Source of the DNA: Candidatus Hermodarchaeum yapensis
GTDB lineage: Archaea > Asgardarchaeota > Hermodarchaeia > Hermodarchaeales > Hermodarchaeaceae
NCBI GenBank assembly: GCA_016840405.1
Contig: JAEOSK010000007.1
Span: 1-64,000 of the forward strand
DNA length: 64,000 nt
Reading direction: 5' to 3'
Shown here: one piece after another, positions 9,849 through 20,034 of the stretch
Numbering within the stretch: position 1 is the stretch's first letter
Layout: each line of letters begins with the position of its first letter
Program-made: the position numbers and the translations under genes
The notes under the pieces: model-generated
Told to the model about the DNA's origin: nothing
What the model saw: the letters and a program-made list of their open reading frames with translations, nothing else
Database searches by the model: none

Positions 9849-12746
9849 GTGTCCTTGACGACGGATTCACCATTACCCCACACTCAAGACGCATCTGCTG
9901 TCATGGAACAACTGCAGGTCACTGATGAAGGGTTAAATCATGATGAGGCGCAACGCCGATTAGAGAAATATGGTCCCAATGCCTTGGAAGAGACCAAAGG
10001 GCCCAGCCCTATCACCATGTTTCTCTCCCAGTTCAAGGAATCACTCGTCATTATTCTTATATTTGCAGCAATAATTTCGTTAGTGCTGAATTTTTACGTT
10101 AACCTCACCCTCCCTAGTCACAATGAACCTCCCATTGATGCTATTGTTATTATGATTATCGTAGTCATTAATGCCATCTTAGGTTTTACCCAGGAGTATC
10201 GTGCTGAGAAATCCATTGAAGCGCTACAAAAAATGGCTGCACCTCAAGCCCATCTAATCCGTGAAGGTGAACCTATAGATTTACCTGCAACAGAAGTCGT
10301 TCCTGGGGATATTCTCCGATTGGAGACCGGAGATCGACTGCCTGCAGACGCGCGGCTTATCGAATCTCATAATATCTACACCAATGAAGCTTCACTAACC
10401 GGTGAATCAATGCCTGTGAAAAAAAATGCTACGGGTATTCTCACGCGGAATATTCCACTTGCCGATCAATCCAATATGGTGCATGCTAGTACATCCCTCA
10501 CTTCAGGTCGCGGTCTTGCAGTAGTCACACAAACAGGGATGAATACCGAGATTGGTCGCATTGCAGGTTTTATTCAGGAAGCAGGAGAAAAAGAAACACC
10601 ACAACAGAAACGTATGCGAAGACTGGGTAGACAACTCGGTGTCGCAATTCTCATTATCTGTATGATTGTACTTACTGTCCAAGTTGTGGTAGCGTGGTTC
10701 ACTAGCGGTCTTGAAATGGGCACCTTCTTAGACTTGTTTGTTATTGCTGTAGCACTGGCAGTCGCGGCTATTCCCGAAGGATTACCCGCAGTCGTTACGA
10801 TTACTCTAGCATTAGGCGTCCAACGCATGGTGAAACGGAATGCAATAATCCGTAGGCTACCGGCTGTAGAAACTCTTGGATCCGCAGATATCATTTGTTC
10901 TGATAAAACTGGAACCCTAACAAAGGATGAAATGACAGTTCGGGAAATCTTTGTACCCGGAAACGTGGTAACTGTTTCAGGGGCTGGCTACTCCCCTAAA
11001 GGCGATTTTTCCTCTAACGGTCAAAAGATTGATCCCTTGAAAAATGTTCAGCTAGCATTGCTACTTCGTATTGGTCGACTGTGTAGTAATGCCACAGTTC
11101 GACAAGATAATGGTGGATGGGAAGTCGTTGGTGACCCAACGGAAGGTGCTCTAGTCGTAGCCGCACAAAAAGCTGGATTCACAGAAAAATTACTAGACGA
11201 ATATCCTCGAATTGCTGAACTTCCCTTTGACCCTGAACGGAAACGCATGTCAACCCTGCATGATGCCCCCAACCATGAAACCATCGCCCATGTGAAGGGT
11301 GCCCCGGAAGTTATTCTAGAACAAAGTACTCACATCTATACCGGTACCGGCGTTCATACCCTTTCAAAAGATGAACGAGCAGAAATTCTGAGCAATAATG
11401 ACAAAATGGCAAACAAGGCACTACGTGTGCTAGGAATGGCCTATCGAATTTGCCCTGAGGATCTTTGTGATATTTCGCCTGAGGGTGTGGAACAGGATTT
11501 GATATTCGTTGGTTTAGTGGGAATGATGGATCCACCTCGCCCCGAAGTCTATGATGCCATAAAAACTGCTCGAGGCGCTGGAATCAAATCAGTCATGATA
11601 ACTGGGGACAATCAATACACTGCCTTAGCTGTGGCTAACGAGCTAGGTATGTTTGAAGAGGATGACGCTGTGTTAACAGGAGATGCCCTAGATGCCCTTT
11701 CTGATGAAGACCTGACCGATGTCTCATCGCAAGTTCGTGTATATGCAAGGGTTTCGCCTGAACATAAGCTACGTATTGTGCAAGCTCTCAAAAACCGTGG
11801 GCATGTCACTGCAATGACGGGTGATGGCGTCAATGACGCTCCCGCTCTCAAATTTGCTGATATTGGTATTTCAATGGGAATAACTGGTACGGATGTGACG
11901 AAGGAAGCTTCGGATATGATTCTGACTGACGATAATTACGCTTCCATTGTCAACGCCATCGAAGAAGGACGGGGCATTGGTAATAATACTCGTAAATTCA
12001 TCTCTTACCTCCTCTCTTGTAATGCTGGAGAAATCTTGGTAATATTTCTCGCTAGTATCACCCTCTCCGTAATCTTTGGCTGGGACCTACCTCTTCTGGC
12101 AATTCAAATCCTATTTGTTAATCTTGTTACCGATGGTTTACCCGCACTGGCACTTGGTATGGATCCAATGGAACCGGATGTCATGATACGTGGTCCAAGA
12201 GACCCCAATGAGGGAGTCATTACTCGTAACGTCTGGGTTCTCATTTGGATAGTCGGGATTACTATTGGTATTATTACTTTGGGTCTCTTTGCTGTGGAAA
12301 TGTTGCGACTAACTCTACCTCTATGGGCAGGTGGTCTAGGCTGGGATATACAGAGTGCATGGCTTCGAGCGAGTACTCTAGCTTTCACACTTTTGGTTAT
12401 GGCACAAATGGTTCATGCATTTAATTCACGTTCTGGACATCTCTCGCTTTTCCAAGTAGGATTCACGAAAAACCGCCATCTGATTGCCGCCGTATCAATG
12501 TCAATTATTTTACAATTGGTAATTATCTACTTCCCACCCCTTTCCATAGTTTTTTCCACCGTCCCACTCCTTCTTTATGATTGGCTAGTGATTATCCTGC
12601 TAGCACTGTTAGTATTCGTTGTCGTTGAGGTGTACAAATTCTATCTCCGCTACCGATTACGAAAAACAACTGAAGTCTCCCAAAATTCTCCAGTTCCTAA
12701 ACCTGCCAATTTAGAGAAAGAGTTAAGGCAAAAATCCGATGTATGA
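9849..12746 (+). CDS. P-type (IIA, SERCA/PMR1-like) cation-transporting ATPase
   Basis: [36 protein letters not shown] and NLVTDGLPA motifs. Confidence 0.96.
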   Translation: MSLTTDSPLPHTQDASAVMEQLQVTDEGLNHDEAQRRLEKYGPNALEETKGPSPITMFLSQFKESLVIILIFAAIISLVLNFYVNLTLPSHNEPPIDAIVIMIIVVINAILGFTQEYRAEKSIEALQKMAAPQAHLIREGEPIDLPATEVVPGDILRLETGDRLPADARLIESHNIYTNEASLTGESMPVKKNATGILTRNIPLADQSNMVHASTSLTSGRGLAVVTQTGMNTEIGRIAGFIQEAGEKETPQQKRMRRLGRQLGVAILIICMIVLTVQVVVAWFTSGLEMGTFLDLFVIAVALAVAAIPEGLPAVVTITLALGVQRMVKRNAIIRRLPAVETLGSADIICSDKTGTLTKDEMTVREIFVPGNVVTVSGAGYSPKGDFSSNGQKIDPLKNVQLALLLRIGRLCSNATVRQDNGGWEVVGDPTEGALVVAAQKAGFTEKLLDEYPRIAELPFDPERKRMSTLHDAPNHETIAHVKGAPEVILEQSTHIYTGTGVHTLSKDERAEILSNNDKMANKALRVLGMAYRICPEDLCDISPEGVEQDLIFVGLVGMMDPPRPEVYDAIKTARGAGIKSVMITGDNQYTALAVANELGMFEEDDAVLTGDALDALSDEDLTDVSSQVRVYARVSPEHKLRIVQALKNRGHVTAMTGDGVNDAPALKFADIGISMGITGTDVTKEASDMILTDDNYASIVNAIEEGRGIGNNTRKFISYLLSCNAGEILVIFLASITLSVIFGWDLPLLAIQILFVNLVTDGLPALALGMDPMEPDVMIRGPRDPNEGVITRNVWVLIWIVGITIGIITLGLFAVEMLRLTLPLWAGGLGWDIQSAWLRASTLAFTLLVMAQMVHAFNSRSGHLSLFQVGFTKNRHLIAAVSMSIILQLVIIYFPPLSIVFSTVPLLLYDWLVIILLALLVFVVVEVYKFYLRYRLRKTTEVSQNSPVPKPANLEKELRQKSDV

Positions 12747-12787
12747 CATGATATCAAAGACATCAATGGTGTTGGAGGCTTAATCCT

Positions 12788-13024
12788 GTGCAATTCAACC
12801 TGACTAATCAGTCTCGGTGGGGACTAGCTGTTCTCTTCCTGGTAATCGGGACTGTACTCTTCGTCGCAGGATGGACTTCCCCATTTCTACCCGTCCCGGA
12901 TTCTCTCTTCTGGATAAAAACCGTGTTCCCCATTGCCGCATCCCTTGGATTTGTCTTCTTCTTTTTCGTTAGTCTTTTCATGCTATCAAAAACTCCACCA
13001 CCCCCATTGAACCCAAAAGAATAG
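12788..13024 (+). CDS. Small membrane protein (2 TM)
   Basis: Hydrophobic 78-aa ORF with GGAGG upstream. Confidence 0.6.
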   Translation: MQFNLTNQSRWGLAVLFLVIGTVLFVAGWTSPFLPVPDSLFWIKTVFPIAASLGFVFFFFVSLFMLSKTPPPPLNPKE

Positions 13025-13176
13025 CCGAAGCCTTTTACAACCTTCGTCTAGCTTCTCGTTATATTTTTCTAAGAGGCATTTGCCAATACGATAACGATAA
13101 TAAGAGAATAACAGGGTTGCTATTTACCACAAAGATTGGGGTGGGATTTCACTGAATTCCACGAGGAGGTTCAAAT

Positions 13177-13671
13177 TTGACTGATTTCCGCGACAAATTA
13201 CTAGCACTGGATCGGGAGGGTTTAGAAAAGGAGGCTTCGCGACTGGGCATTATTGTAACTGAGTCAATGAGCCGTGCTGAATTAATTACTTCGATTGAGA
13301 AAGCAAATGCCCATCTTGAATTGGGCGACATTCAATCCTTCTGGGAATATCGTGGCCTCATTTCTGGCCTTATATTTGTCACTGTAGCTACTATTGTATT
13401 AGCAATTGATACGTATTTCTTACTAACCGGTCTCTACATCCAAATTTTTGATGTTGCATCATCACCGGTCCCTCCGCTAATTTACTTAGTATGCCGATCC
13501 CTAGGAGGCTTCTTGATTTCCGCTGCACTACTCTCCCTTGTATTCAAAAAAGGTTACCAGAGAATTACTCCGGTTGTTCGAGCTGCCCTAATTATTGGTG
13601 CTGTACTTATCATCATTATTGTTATTGTCTCTGTACCTTTACCAGGTGATTGGTTATCGTTGCATCCCTGA
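13177..13671 (+). CDS. Membrane protein with N-terminal Rho-N/HeH-like helix-extension-helix domain
   Basis: LLALDREGLEKEASRLGI...SMSRAELITSI followed by about 3 TM helices; GGAGGT SD upstream. Confidence 0.65.
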   Translation: MTDFRDKLLALDREGLEKEASRLGIIVTESMSRAELITSIEKANAHLELGDIQSFWEYRGLISGLIFVTVATIVLAIDTYFLLTGLYIQIFDVASSPVPPLIYLVCRSLGGFLISAALLSLVFKKGYQRITPVVRAALIIGAVLIIIIVIVSVPLPGDWLSLHP

Positions 13672-13713
13672 CGAATGCACATCAACGACTGAATTTGGAA
13701 TGAGGTAAACAAC

Positions 13714-14478
13714 ATGACCGGCGCAATGGAGCCTTCAAGAAACAATGTACCTGCAATTGAAACATTTCAACTCAGCAAGATTTTTCATCCTGACATTTTG
13801 GCGGTGAATCGCCTTAATTTGAAGATTCAACAGGGAGTTGTTCATGCCCTCGTAGGACCGAACGGTGCAGGCAAGACCACCACTCTTCGATTGCTTGCGG
13901 GCTTGAGTCGACCCAACCGGGGAAGCATCTTTATCATGGGTTATGATATGCTCCGGGAATCATGGCAAGCAAAGGCCCACTTAGGCTTTTTACCAGATAC
14001 TCCCGCCGCATATGAAACATTACGGGTGGACGAATTCTTACGGTTCATTGCTAGTTTATATCAGGTGCCCAAAACTGACTTTGAAGAACGTCGTGAACAG
14101 TATGTGCAGCGGTTTGACATGGCAGGGTATGTGAATAAGTATCTAGGTGAACTTTCTCGAGGAATGCTTCAACGAACTTTACTTTGTGGCTTGCTCATTC
14201 GGAACCCCAAAATCCTAGTAATGGACGAACCACTCTATGGCCTTGATCCAGAAGGCGGGTATGTTCTCAAACGAATAATCCGTGAAGTCGCCCAGAATGG
14301 CACCACAGTTCTTATTTCCACCCATATTCTAAGTGTTGCTGAAGAAATCTGTGATGAATTTACCATTATCTCAGAAGGTGTTAAAGTCGCTTCTGAATCG
14401 GTAAGAGACCTACGTGAAAAAGTTGGAAGCGGAAACAACTTAGAGGATTATTATATCAATACATTACAGGGGAGGTAA
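13714..14478 (+). CDS. ABC transporter ATP-binding protein
   Basis: GPNGAGKTT, LSRGM signature, VMDEP and ISTH motifs. Confidence 0.95.
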   Translation: MTGAMEPSRNNVPAIETFQLSKIFHPDILAVNRLNLKIQQGVVHALVGPNGAGKTTTLRLLAGLSRPNRGSIFIMGYDMLRESWQAKAHLGFLPDTPAAYETLRVDEFLRFIASLYQVPKTDFEERREQYVQRFDMAGYVNKYLGELSRGMLQRTLLCGLLIRNPKILVMDEPLYGLDPEGGYVLKRIIREVAQNGTTVLISTHILSVAEEICDEFTIISEGVKVASESVRDLREKVGSGNNLEDYYINTLQGR

Positions 14479-14483
14479 AAATC

Positions 14484-16190
14484 CTGAGGGGCACTTCCAC
14501 AAGCATCGTCACGCGTTGGGAATATCGCCGCATGTGGAACAATCTTCGTATCTCAATACGCCGCCCCGCTTTCATCATGATCCAGGCTCTCTCAATCGCC
14601 ATCATCCTCTTGATTTTCTGGTTCCTCTGGTTCTTTATGATAAATGAAAGTTTGATGTTGGGCTATAATACGGGGATTGAGACCGTCCGAAATATGATCT
14701 ATTCACTTCTGCAAGAATCTGGATTCTTTGGTGAAAATGCAATCTGGCTCGTTTTTGCTCTCATTGCCCTCATTGTTGCTCACCAGATAATCAAGGCTCT
14801 AGTTGGTGTCCCCATAGGAGGGGAATCGGAGCCAGCGGATGTTGACACGCTGTTTTCTGCACCCATGAGGGGCTATGTGTTTTTCACCGCCAAGTATTTT
14901 CGCACAATTCCCAGACGGCTTCTTATCTACTTCTATGTCATTATCGCCATTCTCCCTATAGTGTGGTTCTTCATACAAGATTATGCTCTGTCATACGATA
15001 TGATTCTTCTAATCATCCTACTAGTATTTCTCCTGGGAGAAATCGGTTCAGTCGCAACCAGTGGCTTATACTTCATGCGAAAATTTGTCTCACAACATCG
15101 TCAATTCCGACGATACTATCGAATTGTATTCTTCGTTGCAGTAGCCTTAGGAACCTTTGTTCTATTGACACCCATATTGGTTGTTGGTGGTGTAGTATTC
15201 TATGGTCCGCTTTACAATCTTGCACGATTATTCATCGCAATGGTCTTTAGTGGTCATTGGTTGGTACCCAATCCCCATGTTCCAGTTTTCATCACTCTTT
15301 ACTATCCTGCTTTACCATGGTTGATTGGTGGATTACTATTTGGTTATCTATTCGTGTTAGAAGTTGCCCAATTCCTTTCAGATCGGATTACCATTGACTT
15401 GTATGAAGAAATTTCTGCGGTTACTCGGCGTCGTGGGCTCTCGTTAGGATGGCTGAGCCGATTCCCTGTGCTATTTGAGAGGGCAAAAAGCCCCCTTACT
15501 ACAGTGCTCCGAAAGGATTTCATTACTGGATTCAGGAAACCGGGGAAGGCATTCTATCTTGTTGGACTCATTGCAAACTTTGTATTCGCCCTGTTTCTAA
15601 TCACGCTTCAACCCACACTTATCACTGCAATTCCCCTTCCCTCCCAACTTGTACCCACACTCGGTTCCCTGTACATTATTCTCATAATTGTGATTGTTCC
15701 CCTTCTTTCTATCAATGCTTCTGATCCCTTCCAAGGTGAACGGGGAACAATCTATCTTATCCGGTTATCTCAGGTTCGACCATTCTGGTTCACATTCATC
15801 AAATACTTGCAACTCCTTTTGACCCCCTTTCTGTTAGCAATCCCCGTGACAATATACTTTGCTCTGTTTTTAGGCAATCCTCACTTACTCATAATGGCGG
15901 TTGCTATTTTACCTCACGCTGTACTCATATCAACAGCTATCGGTGTTGCGCTAGGTAGTCGCTATCCATCCACACCAAGCGGGAAAAAAGAAACACCAGT
16001 CGCTCTCATTATCACTTATCCAGTCATTTCTTGGACTGCGATGTCGCCAGTTCTTTTCATTTTTTTGGGTGTAGCACCAAGTAGCCTCACCTGGGTGCTG
16101 CTAGGTTCATTGTTTATCAGTCCGTACACTTTGGGGCTGGTTCTTTTTCTTCTCGGCTGGTCGGCTCACTCATATTTGCGTCAAGAATAG
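14484..16190 (+). CDS. ABC-2-type exporter permease-like membrane protein
   Basis: Multi-TM protein following the ATPase. An in-frame CTG at 14484 behind GGAGGT extends the track ORF (14532). Confidence 0.8.
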   Translation: MRGTSTSIVTRWEYRRMWNNLRISIRRPAFIMIQALSIAIILLIFWFLWFFMINESLMLGYNTGIETVRNMIYSLLQESGFFGENAIWLVFALIALIVAHQIIKALVGVPIGGESEPADVDTLFSAPMRGYVFFTAKYFRTIPRRLLIYFYVIIAILPIVWFFIQDYALSYDMILLIILLVFLLGEIGSVATSGLYFMRKFVSQHRQFRRYYRIVFFVAVALGTFVLLTPILVVGGVVFYGPLYNLARLFIAMVFSGHWLVPNPHVPVFITLYYPALPWLIGGLLFGYLFVLEVAQFLSDRITIDLYEEISAVTRRRGLSLGWLSRFPVLFERAKSPLTTVLRKDFITGFRKPGKAFYLVGLIANFVFALFLITLQPTLITAIPLPSQLVPTLGSLYIILIIVIVPLLSINASDPFQGERGTIYLIRLSQVRPFWFTFIKYLQLLLTPFLLAIPVTIYFALFLGNPHLLIMAVAILPHAVLISTAIGVALGSRYPSTPSGKKETPVALIITYPVISWTAMSPVLFIFLGVAPSSLTWVLLGSLFISPYTLGLVLFLLGWSAHSYLRQE

Positions 16191-16342
16191 CTAGGGCGCA
16201 GTTGGATGTTTTTCCAGAAAAATCTCGAAAAATGGAAAAGAACGCAAAACGCCCAAAAGGACTCGTCCCGACTAAACAATAATAAATAACGTCTTTACTA
16301 AGTTGGGTAAGTTTCCAGCTGACAGGGGAGTCCAAGACTAGA

Positions 16343-17968
16343 ATGTTCCCCATCATATTTCCATTACTCCTAATAGGTTCGGTTATTCTCATGTTCCTGT
16401 GGGCATTTCGCCCCACAATCGAAGGAAGGCTTATTCCCTATATTCTCGACAAACTTTCGGTTCCGGGGGAAATAAAACACACGTCCCTGATTAGTCTAGC
16501 TGACTCGCCACTCGAGCCTGAATATATCTCTCTTACAAACTGGGCAGAATCAGAATTATGGCTTGCTTTCCCACACATCTCAAAAAAGCCCAGTAATATG
16601 CTCCTCAACACGATTGATGAATCCTTGAGTTTGAGACTTGTATTGGGAAACAACACAGATGCTGAGCAAATTAAATCAACTGCCCGTCAGTATAAACGGG
16701 ATGTCGAGATTGTTCGAAGGCCCCGTATGCATTTCAAAGTCTTGTTAACAGGCAATTGTCTTGCCGTGGGATCAGCAAATTTCACTGAAAACGGTCTTGA
16801 TAAGCTCCATGAGTTGGCGGTTATTTCAACTGAACAACGAATGTTAAAGGAAGCCAGAGCATTTCTCTTAGCTTTCAGTGATGAATATTCTGAGTATCCA
16901 AATAGTGAACACACCTATTCACTTTCGTCGAGTTTACCACAAAGATCGAAAAGTGTCTTCGTGAACACCTCCAATGGATTAAATGATTTGGTGTATGCAC
17001 TACTAGGGTCTGCGAAGCAGAATGTGATTCTCGTATCGCCGTACATTACAAATGATGTTGCTGAACATATTCTCCGAGCGATTTCTGATGAAGTGCAAGT
17101 GCGGTTTATCACCTGGGTTGATTGGCGGCAATGGGCGACGGAGCGGTCAGATCCTGAAGCAATTGAGATGTTCTTAGCCAATCGCTTTGTGGTTGACTCT
17201 TGTCCAAACCTCCATGCAAACTGTATTATCGTTGATGGCAAAGCTGCAATTCTTTCATCGCAGAATCTAACCACAGAGAGCTGGAGTTCAAGAGATGAAG
17301 CGGGTATTTATACGAAGAATCCCGAATTGATTAATGCCATTCTCGAACGCATCGAAGGTTGGCCGAAGACTAGCTTCAGAATGGAACTTCTTGAGCGTGA
17401 AATTGAAAGATTCGCCCTGTTCTTAGGAAAAGAATCTGAGCAATTGCCATCTGTTCCCGATCAAGAAGAAGATGATGAATTCCCTGTTGATGTCGGTGAA
17501 GTGATAAGTCCCCCGCTTCTTGGGTTTACACTAATGCCCCAAAGGGAAGTGCTAGAACGAGAGGTTCCCATACCCACAGAAGAACCTGTTCTTGATGAGG
17601 TTCCGGTTCCTGTCACAGAACCTGCTCCGGCTGGCGTTCTTGCTACCGCAGAAGAAGCTCCTCTCGATCAACAACTCCTTGAACGGTTTTGGATGAAGGA
17701 TGTAGTATTCATTGGGAAAAAGCGATTAATGGAATACGTATGGGCGTGCATTACTCAAGTAAAGAAGAATCAATCCGTGACGCTCAAAGCAAGAGGTCAA
17801 CTCATTTATCGCGCAGTCGAAGTTGCTGAACTCTTACGGAACAAATTCGAACCTGATCTGGAAATTGATGAAAAAGCAATTCAAATTGATACCTACTACC
17901 CCAAGGGTAAGAAGAGCAAATGGGGAGGAATAAGTCAAATCGAAATCACTCTCCAGAAGAAAAATTAG
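16343..17968 (+). CDS. N-terminal TM + two PLD-superfamily domains + C-terminal Alba domain
   Basis: MHFKVLL...VGSANFT and VSPYIT...LHANCIIVDG...SSQNLT motifs; acidic/Pro linker; VFIGKK.LMEYV...TLKARGQLIYRAVEVAELLRNKF...ISQIEITL matches Alba. Confidence 0.85.
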   Translation: MFPIIFPLLLIGSVILMFLWAFRPTIEGRLIPYILDKLSVPGEIKHTSLISLADSPLEPEYISLTNWAESELWLAFPHISKKPSNMLLNTIDESLSLRLVLGNNTDAEQIKSTARQYKRDVEIVRRPRMHFKVLLTGNCLAVGSANFTENGLDKLHELAVISTEQRMLKEARAFLLAFSDEYSEYPNSEHTYSLSSSLPQRSKSVFVNTSNGLNDLVYALLGSAKQNVILVSPYITNDVAEHILRAISDEVQVRFITWVDWRQWATERSDPEAIEMFLANRFVVDSCPNLHANCIIVDGKAAILSSQNLTTESWSSRDEAGIYTKNPELINAILERIEGWPKTSFRMELLEREIERFALFLGKESEQLPSVPDQEEDDEFPVDVGEVISPPLLGFTLMPQREVLEREVPIPTEEPVLDEVPVPVTEPAPAGVLATAEEAPLDQQLLERFWMKDVVFIGKKRLMEYVWACITQVKKNQSVTLKARGQLIYRAVEVAELLRNKFEPDLEIDEKAIQIDTYYPKGKKSKWGGISQIEITLQKKN

Positions 17969-18091
17969 TGTCCTTGGTTAATCTGTTCACTTTCATCTTT
18001 GAGTCAAGTATAATTAATCAGCCACAAGACCATAATTTTGTAGGATGAAACCTTTTAGCCTAGTACGGTAAGGCAAGCAGCAATAGAAAAG

Positions 18092-19954
18092 GTGAACAAT
18101 ATGGGTAAAGCGAACATCGAACTTGATGGTGAGACCCTTACTATAGAGCAAGTAATCTCTGTTGCTCGGAATAGAACCCAAGTCACCCTCTCATCTAAAG
18201 CCAAAGCAAAGGTTGAGGCAGCCGCAAAATTAATTCAACAGTGGGCAGATTCGGGCGCGGTAATCTATGGGGTGACAACAGGATTTGGTCCATTTAGCGA
18301 AGTAATCATCTCAAGTGATAAAGCTCGTGACATCCAACGCAACCTCTTGATTAGTCACGCCGCTGGCGTTGGCTCACCTTTACCTGTTGAAGTAGTTCGA
18401 GCAACGATGTTACTTCGTGCAAATACGCTAGCTAAAGGGTTCTCAGGCATCCAACTCACAACCCTTCAACTCCTACTTGATCTCCTTAACAAAAGAGTTC
18501 ATCCCGTAATTCCCGAAAAAGGATCCGTCGGGGCTAGTGGAGATCTCGCCCCTCTCTCACATATGGCACTCGTTTTAATTGGAGAAGGTCAGGCGGAATT
18601 CAATGGTGAAATACTTCCAGGAGCTAAGGCGCTAGAACGTGCCAAGTTGACACCCATCACTCTTGATCGCAAAGAAGGAATTGCTCTCATCAATGGAACA
18701 CAGGTCATGACTGCCATTGCTGCATTAGCCATTGCTGATGCGAAAGCCCTTGCGGCGAACGCAGAAATCGCTGCGGCTCTATCAATTGAAGCACTCGAAG
18801 GAGTCACGGATGGATTTGATTCACGCATCCAGAAGGTGCGACCGCATGGAGGTCAGAAACACACAGCTAAGAATTTACGGGCATTGCTTAAAGGTAGTGA
18901 TCTGGTTTTGACTTCACGCCAGCGCGCTCAAAATGTCCAAAAAGCATTGAAAGAACTAGGAAAGATTCGCCACGCTGATGATACTACAACGCATGATGCA
19001 CTTCAAATCATTATCCATCATGTTATGCACTTGGTTATCGAATTAGACGAACAAATGGCTGTAGACTCGGGTCCATCCCGAACGAAACTTGAGAAACAGC
19101 GAAATGCAATCATGACGGCGTTGGAAAATCTGGGGGTTTCCAAAGAAGCCATTGATGGGGCAAAAGTCCTAGCGAAAAAAACTATTCGGGTTCAGGATGC
19201 TTATTCCCTTCGATGCACACCCCAAGTCATCGGTGCGGTTCGAGATAGCCTAGAGTATATCTATCAGGTTGTGTCCACGGAAATCAATTCCGCTACGGAT
19301 AACCCTCTTATCTTCCCCGAATCGAATATCTACCTTTCAGGTGGTAACTTCCATGGTCAACCAATAGCCTTAGCGATGGACCTGCTGACAATAGCCATGA
19401 CAAGCATAGGTACAATCGCTGAACGACGAATGGCCCGACTCATCGACCATCATCTCAGTAATGGGCTCCCACTTTTGCTACTCAAACCCACAATAGAAAA
19501 CCGTGGGGTCTATTACGGGCTTGGATTAGCCCAAATTTCTGCAGCCGCCCTTGTCGCAGAATGTAGAACCCTTTCCACACCTGCAAGTGTGCAAACAATA
19601 CCCACCTCAGCCAACCAAGAGGATCATGTCAGTATGGGCACAATTTCCGCACGACAGGCCCGTGAGGTAGTAGACAATGTGGAACACATTATTGCGTTCG
19701 AATTGCTTTGTGCAGTACAAGGCATTGATCTTCGAAAACTCCAACGTGAAATCACGCTAGGACATGGCTCAGATTTGGCCTATCAAATAATTCGGAAAGC
19801 TGTTCCAAGCATTTCAACCTATCACGGTGAGCAACGGAATCGAATAACCCAAGATACTTTTGTTCATCAGGATGTTATCACATTACATCAAATTGTTCAT
19901 AATAGACAATTACTTGACCCGATTATCCATCAAATTCTGGACTTCTCTCTTTGA
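18092..19954 (+). CDS. hutH: Histidine ammonia-lyase
   Basis: YGVTTGFG, GSVGASGDLAPL (MIO), QDAYSLRC, GGNFHG and NQEDHVSMG motifs. Confidence 0.93.
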   Translation: MNNMGKANIELDGETLTIEQVISVARNRTQVTLSSKAKAKVEAAAKLIQQWADSGAVIYGVTTGFGPFSEVIISSDKARDIQRNLLISHAAGVGSPLPVEVVRATMLLRANTLAKGFSGIQLTTLQLLLDLLNKRVHPVIPEKGSVGASGDLAPLSHMALVLIGEGQAEFNGEILPGAKALERAKLTPITLDRKEGIALINGTQVMTAIAALAIADAKALAANAEIAAALSIEALEGVTDGFDSRIQKVRPHGGQKHTAKNLRALLKGSDLVLTSRQRAQNVQKALKELGKIRHADDTTTHDALQIIIHHVMHLVIELDEQMAVDSGPSRTKLEKQRNAIMTALENLGVSKEAIDGAKVLAKKTIRVQDAYSLRCTPQVIGAVRDSLEYIYQVVSTEINSATDNPLIFPESNIYLSGGNFHGQPIALAMDLLTIAMTSIGTIAERRMARLIDHHLSNGLPLLLLKPTIENRGVYYGLGLAQISAAALVAECRTLSTPASVQTIPTSANQEDHVSMGTISARQAREVVDNVEHIIAFELLCAVQGIDLRKLQREITLGHGSDLAYQIIRKAVPSISTYHGEQRNRITQDTFVHQDVITLHQIVHNRQLLDPIIHQILDFSL

Positions 19955-20005
19955 AAGCTATTGAACCGAATGTAATAGCATGGTTTCTCCTGAAAAAATG
20001 AGGAC

Positions 20006-20026
20006 ACGCCCAGCTTAGCTGGGCGT
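20006..20026. terminator. Hairpin between convergent genes
   Basis: ACGCCCAGC-TTA-GCTGGGCGT, a perfect 9-bp stem. Confidence 0.55.
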
Positions 20027-20034
20027 TAATAGGA

